Origin: a virus
Taxonomy: Duplodnaviria > Caudoviricetes
Virus record (IMG/VR): IMGVR_UViG_650716086_000003
Span: 4,081-68,080 of that record
Direction: 5' to 3' (one strand)
DNA: 64,000 bases
In this document: positions 20,036 to 28,456 of the stretch, in pieces
Layout: every line of letters begins with the position of its first letter
Position numbering within the stretch: the first letter of the stretch is position 1
The notes under the pieces: generated by a model
What the model was told of the DNA's origin: nothing
Databases searched by the model: none
Seen by the model: only the letters and a program-made list of their open reading frames with translations
Made by a program: the position numbers and the translations under genes

Positions 20036-20943
20036 CAACCACCGAGAACGCAACCCTCGTAATTGGCCGCGGCGAACTCTATTTCGATCGCTTCATTCCC
20101 GGCACCAAGGAAGGTGAGGGGGAACTCTATTTCGGCAATACGCCGGGGTTCTCCCTCTCGCGCACTGTTGAAGAGATCACGCGCTTCACGTCCTACGGCG
20201 GCCAGCAGATCGAGGTGAACGGTCTGGTGACGCGCGAGGTTCATTCCGCCGACATCACCACCGACAATATCAGCATGCAGAACATGGCACTGTGGTTCGG
20301 CGGGAATGTCGACGACGGTGGTCAAGCGGGGATCGGACAGATCACCGAGAACATCGCGATCAAGCGTGGGCGTTGGTACCAGCTCGGAAAGTCACAGACG
20401 CCAATCGGTGTTCGGCATGTCACGGCCGACATCGTCTTCAGAAAAGGGGTCACGGTTGTTCCCGTGGCCGACAACATTCTTCTGAATCTCGAAGAAGGTC
20501 GCTTCTACGTCGTACCAGGTGCCCCCGGCATCTTTGACGGGGATGTTCTCAGCGTCGACTTCCAGTGGCGATCGTCTTCCTCCACGCAGGTTGCGCCGGC
20601 CGTCGGAGAAATCATAGGTGCGCTTCGCTACATCTCGAAGAACCCTGTCGGGCCGCGCCAAAGCTATTTCTTTCCCTATGTCCGGATCACGCCAGCGGGA
20701 CAGATCGATCTGAAGGGTGACAGTTGGCAAGAACTGTCCTTCGAAGTCGATATCCGCAAGATTGGTCCGACCACTCAGTATTTCTACGCGCTCGAAGTGG
20801 CGCCGGCAGGAACGACTGACGACGAGCAAGCAATCATCGATCTTGGCCCCATGCCGCTTGAAGTATTCCCGTTCTACGAAGACATCTTGCATACAGCGAC
20901 CAACATCGATTGGCCGCCAGCGGTGATCGGCACTTCACCGTAA
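20032..20943 (+). CDS. Second tail-tube-like protein (paralog of 7522-8310)
   Basis: IGRGELYFDRFIPGTKEGEG..YFGNTPGFSL vs LGRGEVHFSRFRPGTQLGEG..YLGNSPEFSL, and LKGDSWQ vs LKGDDWQ. Confidence 0.8.
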   Translation: MTTTENATLVIGRGELYFDRFIPGTKEGEGELYFGNTPGFSLSRTVEEITRFTSYGGQQIEVNGLVTREVHSADITTDNISMQNMALWFGGNVDDGGQAGIGQITENIAIKRGRWYQLGKSQTPIGVRHVTADIVFRKGVTVVPVADNILLNLEEGRFYVVPGAPGIFDGDVLSVDFQWRSSSSTQVAPAVGEIIGALRYISKNPVGPRQSYFFPYVRITPAGQIDLKGDSWQELSFEVDIRKIGPTTQYFYALEVAPAGTTDDEQAIIDLGPMPLEVFPFYEDILHTATNIDWPPAVIGTSP

Positions 20944-20979
20944 TCATAAAATCAACCGTTTGTGGAAAGATTCAACACA

Positions 20980-23196
20980 ATGGCAGAACTTCCCCTCGAT
21001 CAGGCAATCCCACGCTTCAAGGCCAACGAGGACCGCGTTGACCGGTTCACGAACGGCAACGACACGGCTACGTGGACAACGAGTGATGGAGCGGTCTCTC
21101 CGTCGCTTCGCAAGTACTTGAAGGACAAAGACGCTGAAATTAATGGCGCCGGGAACTTGATTCTCTCGGGTGCTCAGGCTGCCGCAAACACTGCTACAAC
21201 AATGGCGGGTGAAGCTACCGCCGCCAGGGATGTAGCGGTGTCCGCTCGTGACGAGGCTGTCTCGGTCGCCTACACCAGATTCAACACTGAAGCGGATTTT
21301 GAAGCATCGACTGCGATCGCCGATATTGTACAAGTCCTCGGCTATTACTCTGCGGGGGATCAGGGCAGCCATCGCAAGGTTCGTCGAACAGGACCGTTGG
21401 CTCCCCAACCGTGGTTGAAGTTTGTCAACGGCGCATGGTGGGAAATCAATGAACCCACCCTGAACCCGTACATGTTCGGCGCTATTGGCAACGGAGCGGC
21501 AGATGACTACCCGCCGTTGAGAGACACCTTCCTCGCTGCGGCGGCACTGAAGGCCCGAGTGCACATTCCTGAAGGTGTGTTCCGCCAAACGTCGGGATCA
21601 GCGCAGGTCTTTTCTTACACGATCGTTACCGGCGAGGGTGTGGGACGTTCGATTATCGTTCAGCCGAACTACTACAGTTACGACCGGCCGACCGCCCCTT
21701 ATGTGAAGGAGAACGTAGTCGATTGGAACGGGCTGTGGATGGATGTAGGTACTCGGTGCGTGTCCATTTCGGGCCTAGAGTTTCGCGGACCGTTCTGGCA
21801 AGCCGACGAGGCAGCATACGTCGCGAACCCCGTTCAGAGCTGGCCTGCCAGCAACGGCATTCATGTTCGAGGGGCGGACTACCAGTTCCGAAAGGGATTG
21901 CCCATCGAAGGTGAAAGCGTCGATATTCGCATCCGCGATTGCCACTTCGAAGGCTGGGGTGAGGACGCCGTACAAACGGACATGGTCACCCACGTCTATG
22001 TCGAACACAACACCATGGGACACAACGCCCGAGGTGGTCACCGCGGTTACAGTTGTGTCCATGCCTGGACGCAGTTCAACAGCATCTACTCCCCTGGTCC
22101 AGGCGACTACCTCAACAACGGCAACCGCATGTACGGCGTCGAATACACGCGTCAGTACATCGCCGGGGTCCGCCCATCGACCGACTTTTGGGTTGCTTTC
22201 AACCGCGTCAACGGCTTCATCCAGTGGAAGGGGATGGGTACGCACGGCGGCGTCCGCGGCAACTTCCTGTTCAACGACATTTTTGACTGCCACCACGGTA
22301 TCGGCATCGACAAGGGTGGCTTCACAGAAGAACACGGCATCTCACCGCCGCGCGACATCAAGATTATCGGCAACCGATGCTACCGCAGTGCACCGGGAAA
22401 TCCGACCGAGGGCAACGGTGAGGGCGGTGCGGGTCATGGCGTCTTCGTCGTCGCCCACGACAACACGGCAGCCCACATGGGTCGCAACATCGTCATTGCC
22501 GACAACATCTTCGAGGGGTGGGGTTCGGAGAACCTTGAGGGTGGAGCTTGGATCGGAAATTGGGACGGTGTCTCGATCCACGGCAACACCTGGCGTAACT
22601 CGTTTGGCTCGGGCGTCCGCTTCAGGGACAAGGTGACCGGTCTAAATATGGGGCCGAACATCTTCATTGGCGTCAATCGCTCGTCGGAAGGCAACCAACG
22701 GGCGATTGGTGTTGAGAACGCACAGGTATACGGGACGATCGCACCGCAGTATTTCGAAAATACCGACACCGTAAATACCGCGACGTTCCTTTTCCTCTCC
22801 AACCACGGAGCAAATGAGGGACTGACCGTGGCCGACGGACACCGTTTCGTCGGTCTCGTGTCAAAAACAAACATTGCCCTTAACGCGCTGCCGAGCCCGT
22901 TCAATCTCACACCAGTCGCAGGCGGTTATGCCGCTGTATCCGTGGGGGCGGTGACGCCTCAAAACGTGACCGGTGCCACGTTGGTTTGGGAAAGCACGGG
23001 TGTCGTTCTCGCAACGGTCGATCGTCCAGCAACCCTAGCGAACAATCTTTTCGCGATCCCCGGAGTCGTCGGTTCGGGCGGCAGAACCATAAATTGGGAG
23101 CGAGTTGGAACGAATCAGATACGCTTCCGAACCTTCACTGCAGGTGGTTCGACCCCCGTAGATAACTCCTTCAGCTTCGCCATTTTCGCGATGTAA
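20980..23196 (+). CDS. Tailspike/tail fibre with parallel beta-helix (pectate-lyase-like) domain
   Basis: Anchor-like N-terminus, PYMFGAIGNGAADD beta-helix cap, and repeated I..N.. rungs. Confidence 0.82.
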   Translation: MAELPLDQAIPRFKANEDRVDRFTNGNDTATWTTSDGAVSPSLRKYLKDKDAEINGAGNLILSGAQAAANTATTMAGEATAARDVAVSARDEAVSVAYTRFNTEADFEASTAIADIVQVLGYYSAGDQGSHRKVRRTGPLAPQPWLKFVNGAWWEINEPTLNPYMFGAIGNGAADDYPPLRDTFLAAAALKARVHIPEGVFRQTSGSAQVFSYTIVTGEGVGRSIIVQPNYYSYDRPTAPYVKENVVDWNGLWMDVGTRCVSISGLEFRGPFWQADEAAYVANPVQSWPASNGIHVRGADYQFRKGLPIEGESVDIRIRDCHFEGWGEDAVQTDMVTHVYVEHNTMGHNARGGHRGYSCVHAWTQFNSIYSPGPGDYLNNGNRMYGVEYTRQYIAGVRPSTDFWVAFNRVNGFIQWKGMGTHGGVRGNFLFNDIFDCHHGIGIDKGGFTEEHGISPPRDIKIIGNRCYRSAPGNPTEGNGEGGAGHGVFVVAHDNTAAHMGRNIVIADNIFEGWGSENLEGGAWIGNWDGVSIHGNTWRNSFGSGVRFRDKVTGLNMGPNIFIGVNRSSEGNQRAIGVENAQVYGTIAPQYFENTDTVNTATFLFLSNHGANEGLTVADGHRFVGLVSKTNIALNALPSPFNLTPVAGGYAAVSVGAVTPQNVTGATLVWESTGVVLATVDRPATLANNLFAIPGVVGSGGRTINWERVGTNQIRFRTFTAGGSTPVDNSFSFAIFAM

Positions 23197-23221
23197 CAAT
23201 CAACTATTTGGTGAATACAAT

Positions 23222-23252
23222 GGCCCCGCTCTCAGGCGGGGTCTTCTTTTTT
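23222..23252 (+). terminator. Rho-independent terminator ending the late operon
   Basis: GGCCCCGC-TCTCAG-GCGGGGTC followed by TTCTTTTTT. Confidence 0.8.
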
Positions 23253-23401
23253 GTCAGTGCCGCGCGGCGGTCTAATACGCCCCTTTTCTGTGGAAGCTTC
23301 TCCGGGTTGTTCGTTGTTGTGACCGAGAAGACCTTCCAGAATTTCAATGCCACGCTTCTTGGCTTGTTCCGTGTTCATTGAGGTGGTGACCCTTTCCGGT
23401 T

Positions 23402-24109
23402 TTAGAATGTGCTGATGACGCAAACGAGTTGTCGCGGGTTATTCCTTCGACACTCAACACGCGAAAGCCTAACGGTTGGGCAGTATCGCCAAAACAGGGC
23501 CAGCCAGGCTGCAGGCGGCATGACGGTCAGGTGGCTATGGCCGTCATCATAACATGCAATGACGTGGTGCTGTAAAGGTGATGAGGCAACGCACTTCGCA
23601 ACCACCTTGGTAAGATCGAGCGGGTTGAAGTGCTCAAGGACATCGGCCGAACAGGTTACATCGCCGCTCGGTATCTCATCCCGCGTCACGTCAGCCTTGA
23701 AGAAGTGGACGTTCTCGGGCCGGTCTACGAAGTTGGGAGAGAGCGCCCAATCGACCGCGTGAACCTCGCGCACGGAAGGGGCGATCTCTTTAGCAAAGGC
23801 TCCGTTTCCGCATCCGATCTCAACGACGATTTGCGGCTTCTTGGCTAGGATTGTCTCGATCTCTGAAACCAGCCAGTTGTTGGTCATGTAACCAGGATCC
23901 TCATCGTGAAGATGCTGGTAGTAGTTCGCATCGATCTCCGACGAGGCGAGCCGCGGGCGAACGACCGTCGATGCTATAGGTGAAGAGAGTGGATCTTCCA
24001 CCCTCCACCCTAGCTGCGTCAGAAATTCAGCTTGACGAGTTTCTGACGCAATGAACGCTTCATGAAGTGCGTGCGGCATTATCGGCGCGCATCTGAAGAA
24101 TGATGTCAA
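23402..24109 (-). CDS. Class I SAM-dependent methyltransferase (start may be 24079)
   Basis: VVEIGCGNG motif I, AVDW motif II, and ADVLEH post-II motif. Confidence 0.82.
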   Translation of the reverse strand: MTSFFRCAPIMPHALHEAFIASETRQAEFLTQLGWRVEDPLSSPIASTVVRPRLASSEIDANYYQHLHDEDPGYMTNNWLVSEIETILAKKPQIVVEIGCGNGAFAKEIAPSVREVHAVDWALSPNFVDRPENVHFFKADVTRDEIPSGDVTCSADVLEHFNPLDLTKVVAKCVASSPLQHHVIACYDDGHSHLTVMPPAAWLALFWRYCPTVRLSRVECRRNNPRQLVCVISTF

Positions 24110-26363
24110 TCGCCTCTTCGATCTCGATCAGTTTGCCGGTATTCGGATTGAGGTAGACGGACTGGTTGATGCAAGCCACCTGAAAAAGTTCCTCCACGGT
24201 TCTCTTCTGTGTCCGCCTTAGAATGGGATTGCGGTCATCCGTCAATCCCCATCCGGCGTAAAAAGGTGAACCGAAGGTTACCACATTCTTTCCTCGCAGC
24301 AGCCCCTCAAAGCCGACCTGAGACGAGACCGTGTAGATTGTCTCGCATCTGTCAATGATCGAACCGATGGTCACGCTGTCGGGCAGAACTCTGATCTCCT
24401 TGACGTTCCGATTCCGATAGGAGTTCATGTTCCGCTGAATGCTGTCCGGATGACGCTTGAAGTAGATCGGCCTGCCGGCATTCTCTTCGACGGCCGCTTC
24501 GAGCATGCGGTGGAAACTGTAATCGTTGGCGCCGGCAAACTCGATCGACGCGTCACCTTTCTTCTGGTCAATAATCAGTACCGCGTCAGGCTCGATCTCG
24601 AATTCGGGACCGCTGACGTACTTATTGTACTTGGTGATCTGCTCGGCGCAGATGCGATTGATGACGGCTCGCGCGCGCCGCCGTTCGTCATCCGCCAGTG
24701 AGAACTCGGGATCATTCAGGGTGCGTTCGATGCGAGACGGCTGCCGTGCGTCGAAATAGTAGCTAAGGTCGTCGATCATGAATCCGATCGCTCGCCTCTC
24801 GTTGAGGGTTGCTTCCTGGTCGAAATAGGACGCGAACGCGCCGAACAGTGCCACCTCGGCGAAATAGAGGGGGATGTCATAGAGATAGGCCGTCTGCACG
24901 CAATCCCAAAACATGTCCTGCTCGATCCGCTGCGAGAGTAGGAACACCGAGTCCGGCAGTCGATCGGTGAAGTGGGAGAAATTCGACGTTCTCGTGATGG
25001 TCTTGATGTTCTCGGCGTAGCCGCCCTCCATGTCCTTTTTCGAGACATTGGACATGATGGTGGAATTCGCGGACATCGCCTCGATCGCAGCCCGAGCGTT
25101 GAATTCTTTCGGGGCGCTGGCGGCTCGGCCGACCAGGATACTTTTTAGCGTCACGCCGAGATCGGCCGCACGAGGTGAAAGCGGTTTTCCGCCTAGCGGG
25201 CCAGTGCCGTGTTCCACTGCGGCCATGCGACGCTCAAGCTTGCCCACCGCAACGCGTGTGTGCCTGATGCGTGTGAAGCTCACCAATGTGGCCGGCACGA
25301 TGACCTTCAGAAAGTGTTCGAGTGCCTTTTTATCAATCTTTACCTTGGTCTCGGGCGTGGATGCAGGCGTTTCCCTTCTCTCTGCCTCCTGTGGCCGAGG
25401 CTTTTCGATCTCCTTCTTATAGGGCGTCAACGCGAGATACTTGAACCACTCTTCCGATTTGGGATGTTCCAGCGAAATCCACGGCTTGCGCTTCAGTGTG
25501 TAATGGATGATGCCGGGATCCTTGATGGCCTTGGCAGCTTCGCTGGCATCCATTAAGTTCCTAGTGCCCACGAATTTTCCAATCCATCCGCTTGCGAACA
25601 TGGAGCCATGCACGTTCCATTGCACCGGGATGTATTTGATGGAGCCTGTAAACAGTTCCGTGATGATCTGCTGGTCGCCGAGCACCAGGCGATAGCGGTT
25701 GCTTTCGAGATAGCGCTCTACCAGTTCGCTGAAGCCGATGGCCCGCATCATGTCGACGTTGACTAGGAGCACGCCGGCATTCACGTGACGATCGGTCTCG
25801 GCCAAGCCGAACCTGACATTGTAGGTCTTGGAAATCGTGTCTTCGACACCAGCGAACAGATGGCCTTCGAACGGTATGTTGAAAAGCTCGTCGATCGACT
25901 TCCGAATAATGAGATCGCTGTCGAGATAGATGACCTTGTGCACGTCGGCCGGCAACAGCTTATGCATCAGCAGTCGATAGTAGGTGGCGATCGAGATTCC
26001 GTCCGACGTTTTGATGTTGCGGAACAGGCTGGCGTCGACCGCGATCTGATGAAGCTCGAATTTATGAATCTTGTTCAGCGCCTCGATCTTCCGGCTCTCC
26101 GCTTCGGGGAGGATTTTGTCGAGCAGCACGAACACACGCAGCGGCGCGCGGCCGGTGTAATTACGCAATATGGAAGCCAAGGTGACCGCGGTGAAACGGA
26201 TGTACCGATCATCCGAGGCGAACACCAGGTCGACGGTGGGCTGCGCCGGCTCGGGCATGGTTGTGGCAACAATTCTATCAAATGCGATTTTGTTCAAAGG
26301 AACGAACATTCGATGCTCCAAAGGAAGTCCGGTTTTAAGGGGAGTGCGATCCTCTATAGGCAC
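24060..26363 (-). CDS. Fusion of GT8 glycosyltransferase (N-terminal) and KpsC/LipB-like capsule biosynthesis domain (C-terminal)
   Basis: GT8 motifs TYYRLL, KVIYLDSDL, NAGVLL.N, DQQI and IIHYT..KPW. KpsC-like motifs YFKRHPD and SSQVGFEGLLRGK.V.TFG.PFYAGWGLTDD. Confidence 0.85.
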   Translation of the reverse strand: MPIEDRTPLKTGLPLEHRMFVPLNKIAFDRIVATTMPEPAQPTVDLVFASDDRYIRFTAVTLASILRNYTGRAPLRVFVLLDKILPEAESRKIEALNKIHKFELHQIAVDASLFRNIKTSDGISIATYYRLLMHKLLPADVHKVIYLDSDLIIRKSIDELFNIPFEGHLFAGVEDTISKTYNVRFGLAETDRHVNAGVLLVNVDMMRAIGFSELVERYLESNRYRLVLGDQQIITELFTGSIKYIPVQWNVHGSMFASGWIGKFVGTRNLMDASEAAKAIKDPGIIHYTLKRKPWISLEHPKSEEWFKYLALTPYKKEIEKPRPQEAERRETPASTPETKVKIDKKALEHFLKVIVPATLVSFTRIRHTRVAVGKLERRMAAVEHGTGPLGGKPLSPRAADLGVTLKSILVGRAASAPKEFNARAAIEAMSANSTIMSNVSKKDMEGGYAENIKTITRTSNFSHFTDRLPDSVFLLSQRIEQDMFWDCVQTAYLYDIPLYFAEVALFGAFASYFDQEATLNERRAIGFMIDDLSYYFDARQPSRIERTLNDPEFSLADDERRRARAVINRICAEQITKYNKYVSGPEFEIEPDAVLIIDQKKGDASIEFAGANDYSFHRMLEAAVEENAGRPIYFKRHPDSIQRNMNSYRNRNVKEIRVLPDSVTIGSIIDRCETIYTVSSQVGFEGLLRGKNVVTFGSPFYAGWGLTDDRNPILRRTQKRTVEELFQVACINQSVYLNPNTGKLIEIEEAIDIILQMRADNAARTS

Positions 26364-26495
26364 CGGAGAAAGAAAAATAAACCCCGGTTGTGAGACTTAT
26401 GGAAGACACGTGAACCGATTGAGACATACGCACGTCGGTTCCAAAATCAACCGTTTGTGGTATAAGCTTCAAAACGGAGCAGATTTAGCCGAACG

Positions 26496-26798
26496 ATGGA
26501 AAGTGCCATCCAGCTTCTGACAGACCAGGCTGTTGCCCAAGGATCCAGTGTTGCGACGATCGCACTGGCTATTGTTGTCGCCTATCTATGGCGAGAACTG
26601 AAGGCCGTCAGAAAGCAATACGACGAAGACCTTGTTGAAGAGCGCTCAAGGCATGCCGTCGAGATCGCCGCCGAGAGAAAATCGAACGCCGACCTGCAGG
26701 AAGCTCGTCTGAATGAGCTTCGCAATGCCATGGAAGCCGTTCGTAAGGTCACCGATACCGTGAACGCAGCGCTCGCCATCCTTCAAGGGAGGCCGTAG
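26496..26798 (+). CDS. Membrane-anchored coiled-coil protein (holin or spanin-like)
   Basis: One N-terminal TM segment, then a coiled coil. The upstream element is shared with the endolysin gene. Confidence 0.5.
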   Translation: MESAIQLLTDQAVAQGSSVATIALAIVVAYLWRELKAVRKQYDEDLVEERSRHAVEIAAERKSNADLQEARLNELRNAMEAVRKVTDTVNAALAILQGRP

Positions 26799-26801
26799 CC
26801 C

Positions 26802-27032
26802 ATGTCGCTGTTCCACTGGTGGAAGAAGACTCCGGTCAAAGGCAAAACGCGAACCACGGTGATCGTCAATGACGTGGAAGCGGCGCCTGTCCCAAATCAG
26901 AACACGGCCGACATCACAAAGGCAGTTCAGGAAGATTTCATCCAAAGTCTATTGCATCTCGGCCGGCAAAACGCCCTGCTTCATCAAGCCCTGGCCGCAT
27001 CAACTCTCAAAAACGTGAACGGTGGGCGATAA
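26802..27032 (+). CDS. Hypothetical protein
   Basis: 76 aa ORF, coupled to its neighbours. Confidence 0.55.
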   Translation: MSLFHWWKKTPVKGKTRTTVIVNDVEAAPVPNQNTADITKAVQEDFIQSLLHLGRQNALLHQALAASTLKNVNGGR

Positions 27033-27514
27033 TGAAACGCATTTCCAGCAACACTGCCGCAGTGATCGCGATCCTAAGTATTGTGCTCTTTTGGATCCTG
27101 AACGCCCTGCTCGGGCACGCGATCATGCTCGAACTAGCGTCGAGCCTTCTCCTGGGAGCATGCTGCTCTGTGATGATCCGATGGGCTGCCGCGGCTTACG
27201 CCGCTGTCAGGTCAGGAGGAAAAGAAGGCGAAAACCTTCTGGCGCTCGCTATTTGGAGCCTTGGAGCCGCTATCTTCTTTCACCGGTCGTGGGCCAACGT
27301 TGTGCGCTGGTCCGATCGACCGGACTGGATGCTCGACTCGCCAGTGGCGGCTTTCGCCGTCTGGATAATGGCCATAGCCATGGCAATGATTATTCTTGCC
27401 CCCGGTACTGTCCGCGGGGTGGTCCCTCTCAGAAATTTCGTCTGGCTATTCGCTTCAGGATGCGTCGGCTCTCTCGTCGCCGGCATCATGATAGGCGCGT
27501 CGTTCTTCAAATAG
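27032..27514 (+). CDS. Multi-pass membrane protein (possible holin)
   Basis: 160 aa with about five hydrophobic segments. Confidence 0.55.
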   Translation: MKRISSNTAAVIAILSIVLFWILNALLGHAIMLELASSLLLGACCSVMIRWAAAAYAAVRSGGKEGENLLALAIWSLGAAIFFHRSWANVVRWSDRPDWMLDSPVAAFAVWIMAIAMAMIILAPGTVRGVVPLRNFVWLFASGCVGSLVAGIMIGASFFK

Positions 27515-27517
27515 GCT

Positions 27518-27799
27518 TCAGGCCGCGCTGACGATCAGTTCCTCCGAGATCCGCGTGGTGAAGCCTGTTAGAACGGAACTGCTGTCCTGCTTAGCAACAG
27601 CAGTGTTTATGATGCGACCTATCAGCGCCGCATCCTGATGTTCACGAATAAAGTCGATGGTCTGCTCCGCACGGTTGCGGCCGATGCGACAGCCCTCGTG
27701 CCAATCTTCGTTTGCTGCGGTCGACCATAGGTCGACTCCTCCCTTATCCGTGGCTGTTACAAAATCAAGCGCACGCAGCATTTTATTCCGGTATTCCAC
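27518..27799 (-). CDS. Hypothetical protein
   Basis: 93 aa ORF converging on the membrane-gene cluster. Confidence 0.55.
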   Translation of the reverse strand: MEYRNKMLRALDFVTATDKGGVDLWSTAANEDWHEGCRIGRNRAEQTIDFIREHQDAALIGRIINTAVAKQDSSSVLTGFTTRISEELIVSAA

Positions 27800-27902
27800 A
27801 ATAGCAGATCCTATCCATAGACGTGCATCGGCGTTCCCCCACCTGCAACGGTAGGTTAAGCGCAGCGATGCGGTTTTCAGTGAGGTTTACGACAAGAAGT
27901 TG

Positions 27903-28145
27903 TTAACCAAGAATGTCGCCGAAGTCATCATAAATGTTTGTCAATTGCGAAAAATTGGGGTCCGGTCCTACTACACGATCCGTTCGAGCGTAGTAGACAA
28001 TTCCCCGTTCATCTTCTGCAACCAAGTGTTCGTCGTTCGGATGCTTTATCACCTTGACGCCAATGGGGTTTTTCATCCAGGCGTCAAGAAGGATGATTCG
28101 GCTATTCAACGGCCAGTTGGTGGACGGGGTGACCGCGACCTTCAT
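27903..28145 (-). CDS. Hypothetical protein ending in DDFGDILG
   Basis: 80 aa, coupled start/stop, C-terminal motif. Confidence 0.65.
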   Translation of the reverse strand: MKVAVTPSTNWPLNSRIILLDAWMKNPIGVKVIKHPNDEHLVAEDERGIVYYARTDRVVGPDPNFSQLTNIYDDFGDILG

Positions 28146-28456
28146 TGAAGTGTTTTTCCTCTCAACAAATTGTGATCGGGCCGACAGTCGGCGGGCTCGT
28201 CATCCACACTTTCTCCGAGTTCATCCACACTTTCGTCACAATCGTCGCCGTCCAAGAAATCGGCATAGGTCGAGAGAGCCGCTTGCAACTCCCCGTCGCT
28301 CTCGATCGTGGTGGCTACGTCGTAATCCGTGCTTGCGTCATTGTCGGTTGTCAGCATGATGACCAGATTCTCGTTTGGCCCGAGGAAATGCTTGAGCTGA
28401 TCAACCAAAGATTGAATATCGATTCCTGCGCCTTGGTCTTTATCCGAGAATATCAT
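28142..28456 (-). CDS. Acidic hypothetical protein (start uncertain)
   Basis: Fills the gap between coupled genes. ATG 28456 overlaps the upstream stop region. Confidence 0.45.
   Translation of the reverse strand: MIFSDKDQGAGIDIQSLVDQLKHFLGPNENLVIMLTTDNDASTDYDVATTIESDGELQAALSTYADFLDGDDCDESVDELGESVDDEPADCRPDHNLLRGKTLQ

Noticed and set aside
20980-23196. Diversity-generating retroelement acting on the tailspike
   Set aside because: No reverse transcriptase gene and no template/variable repeat pair was seen.
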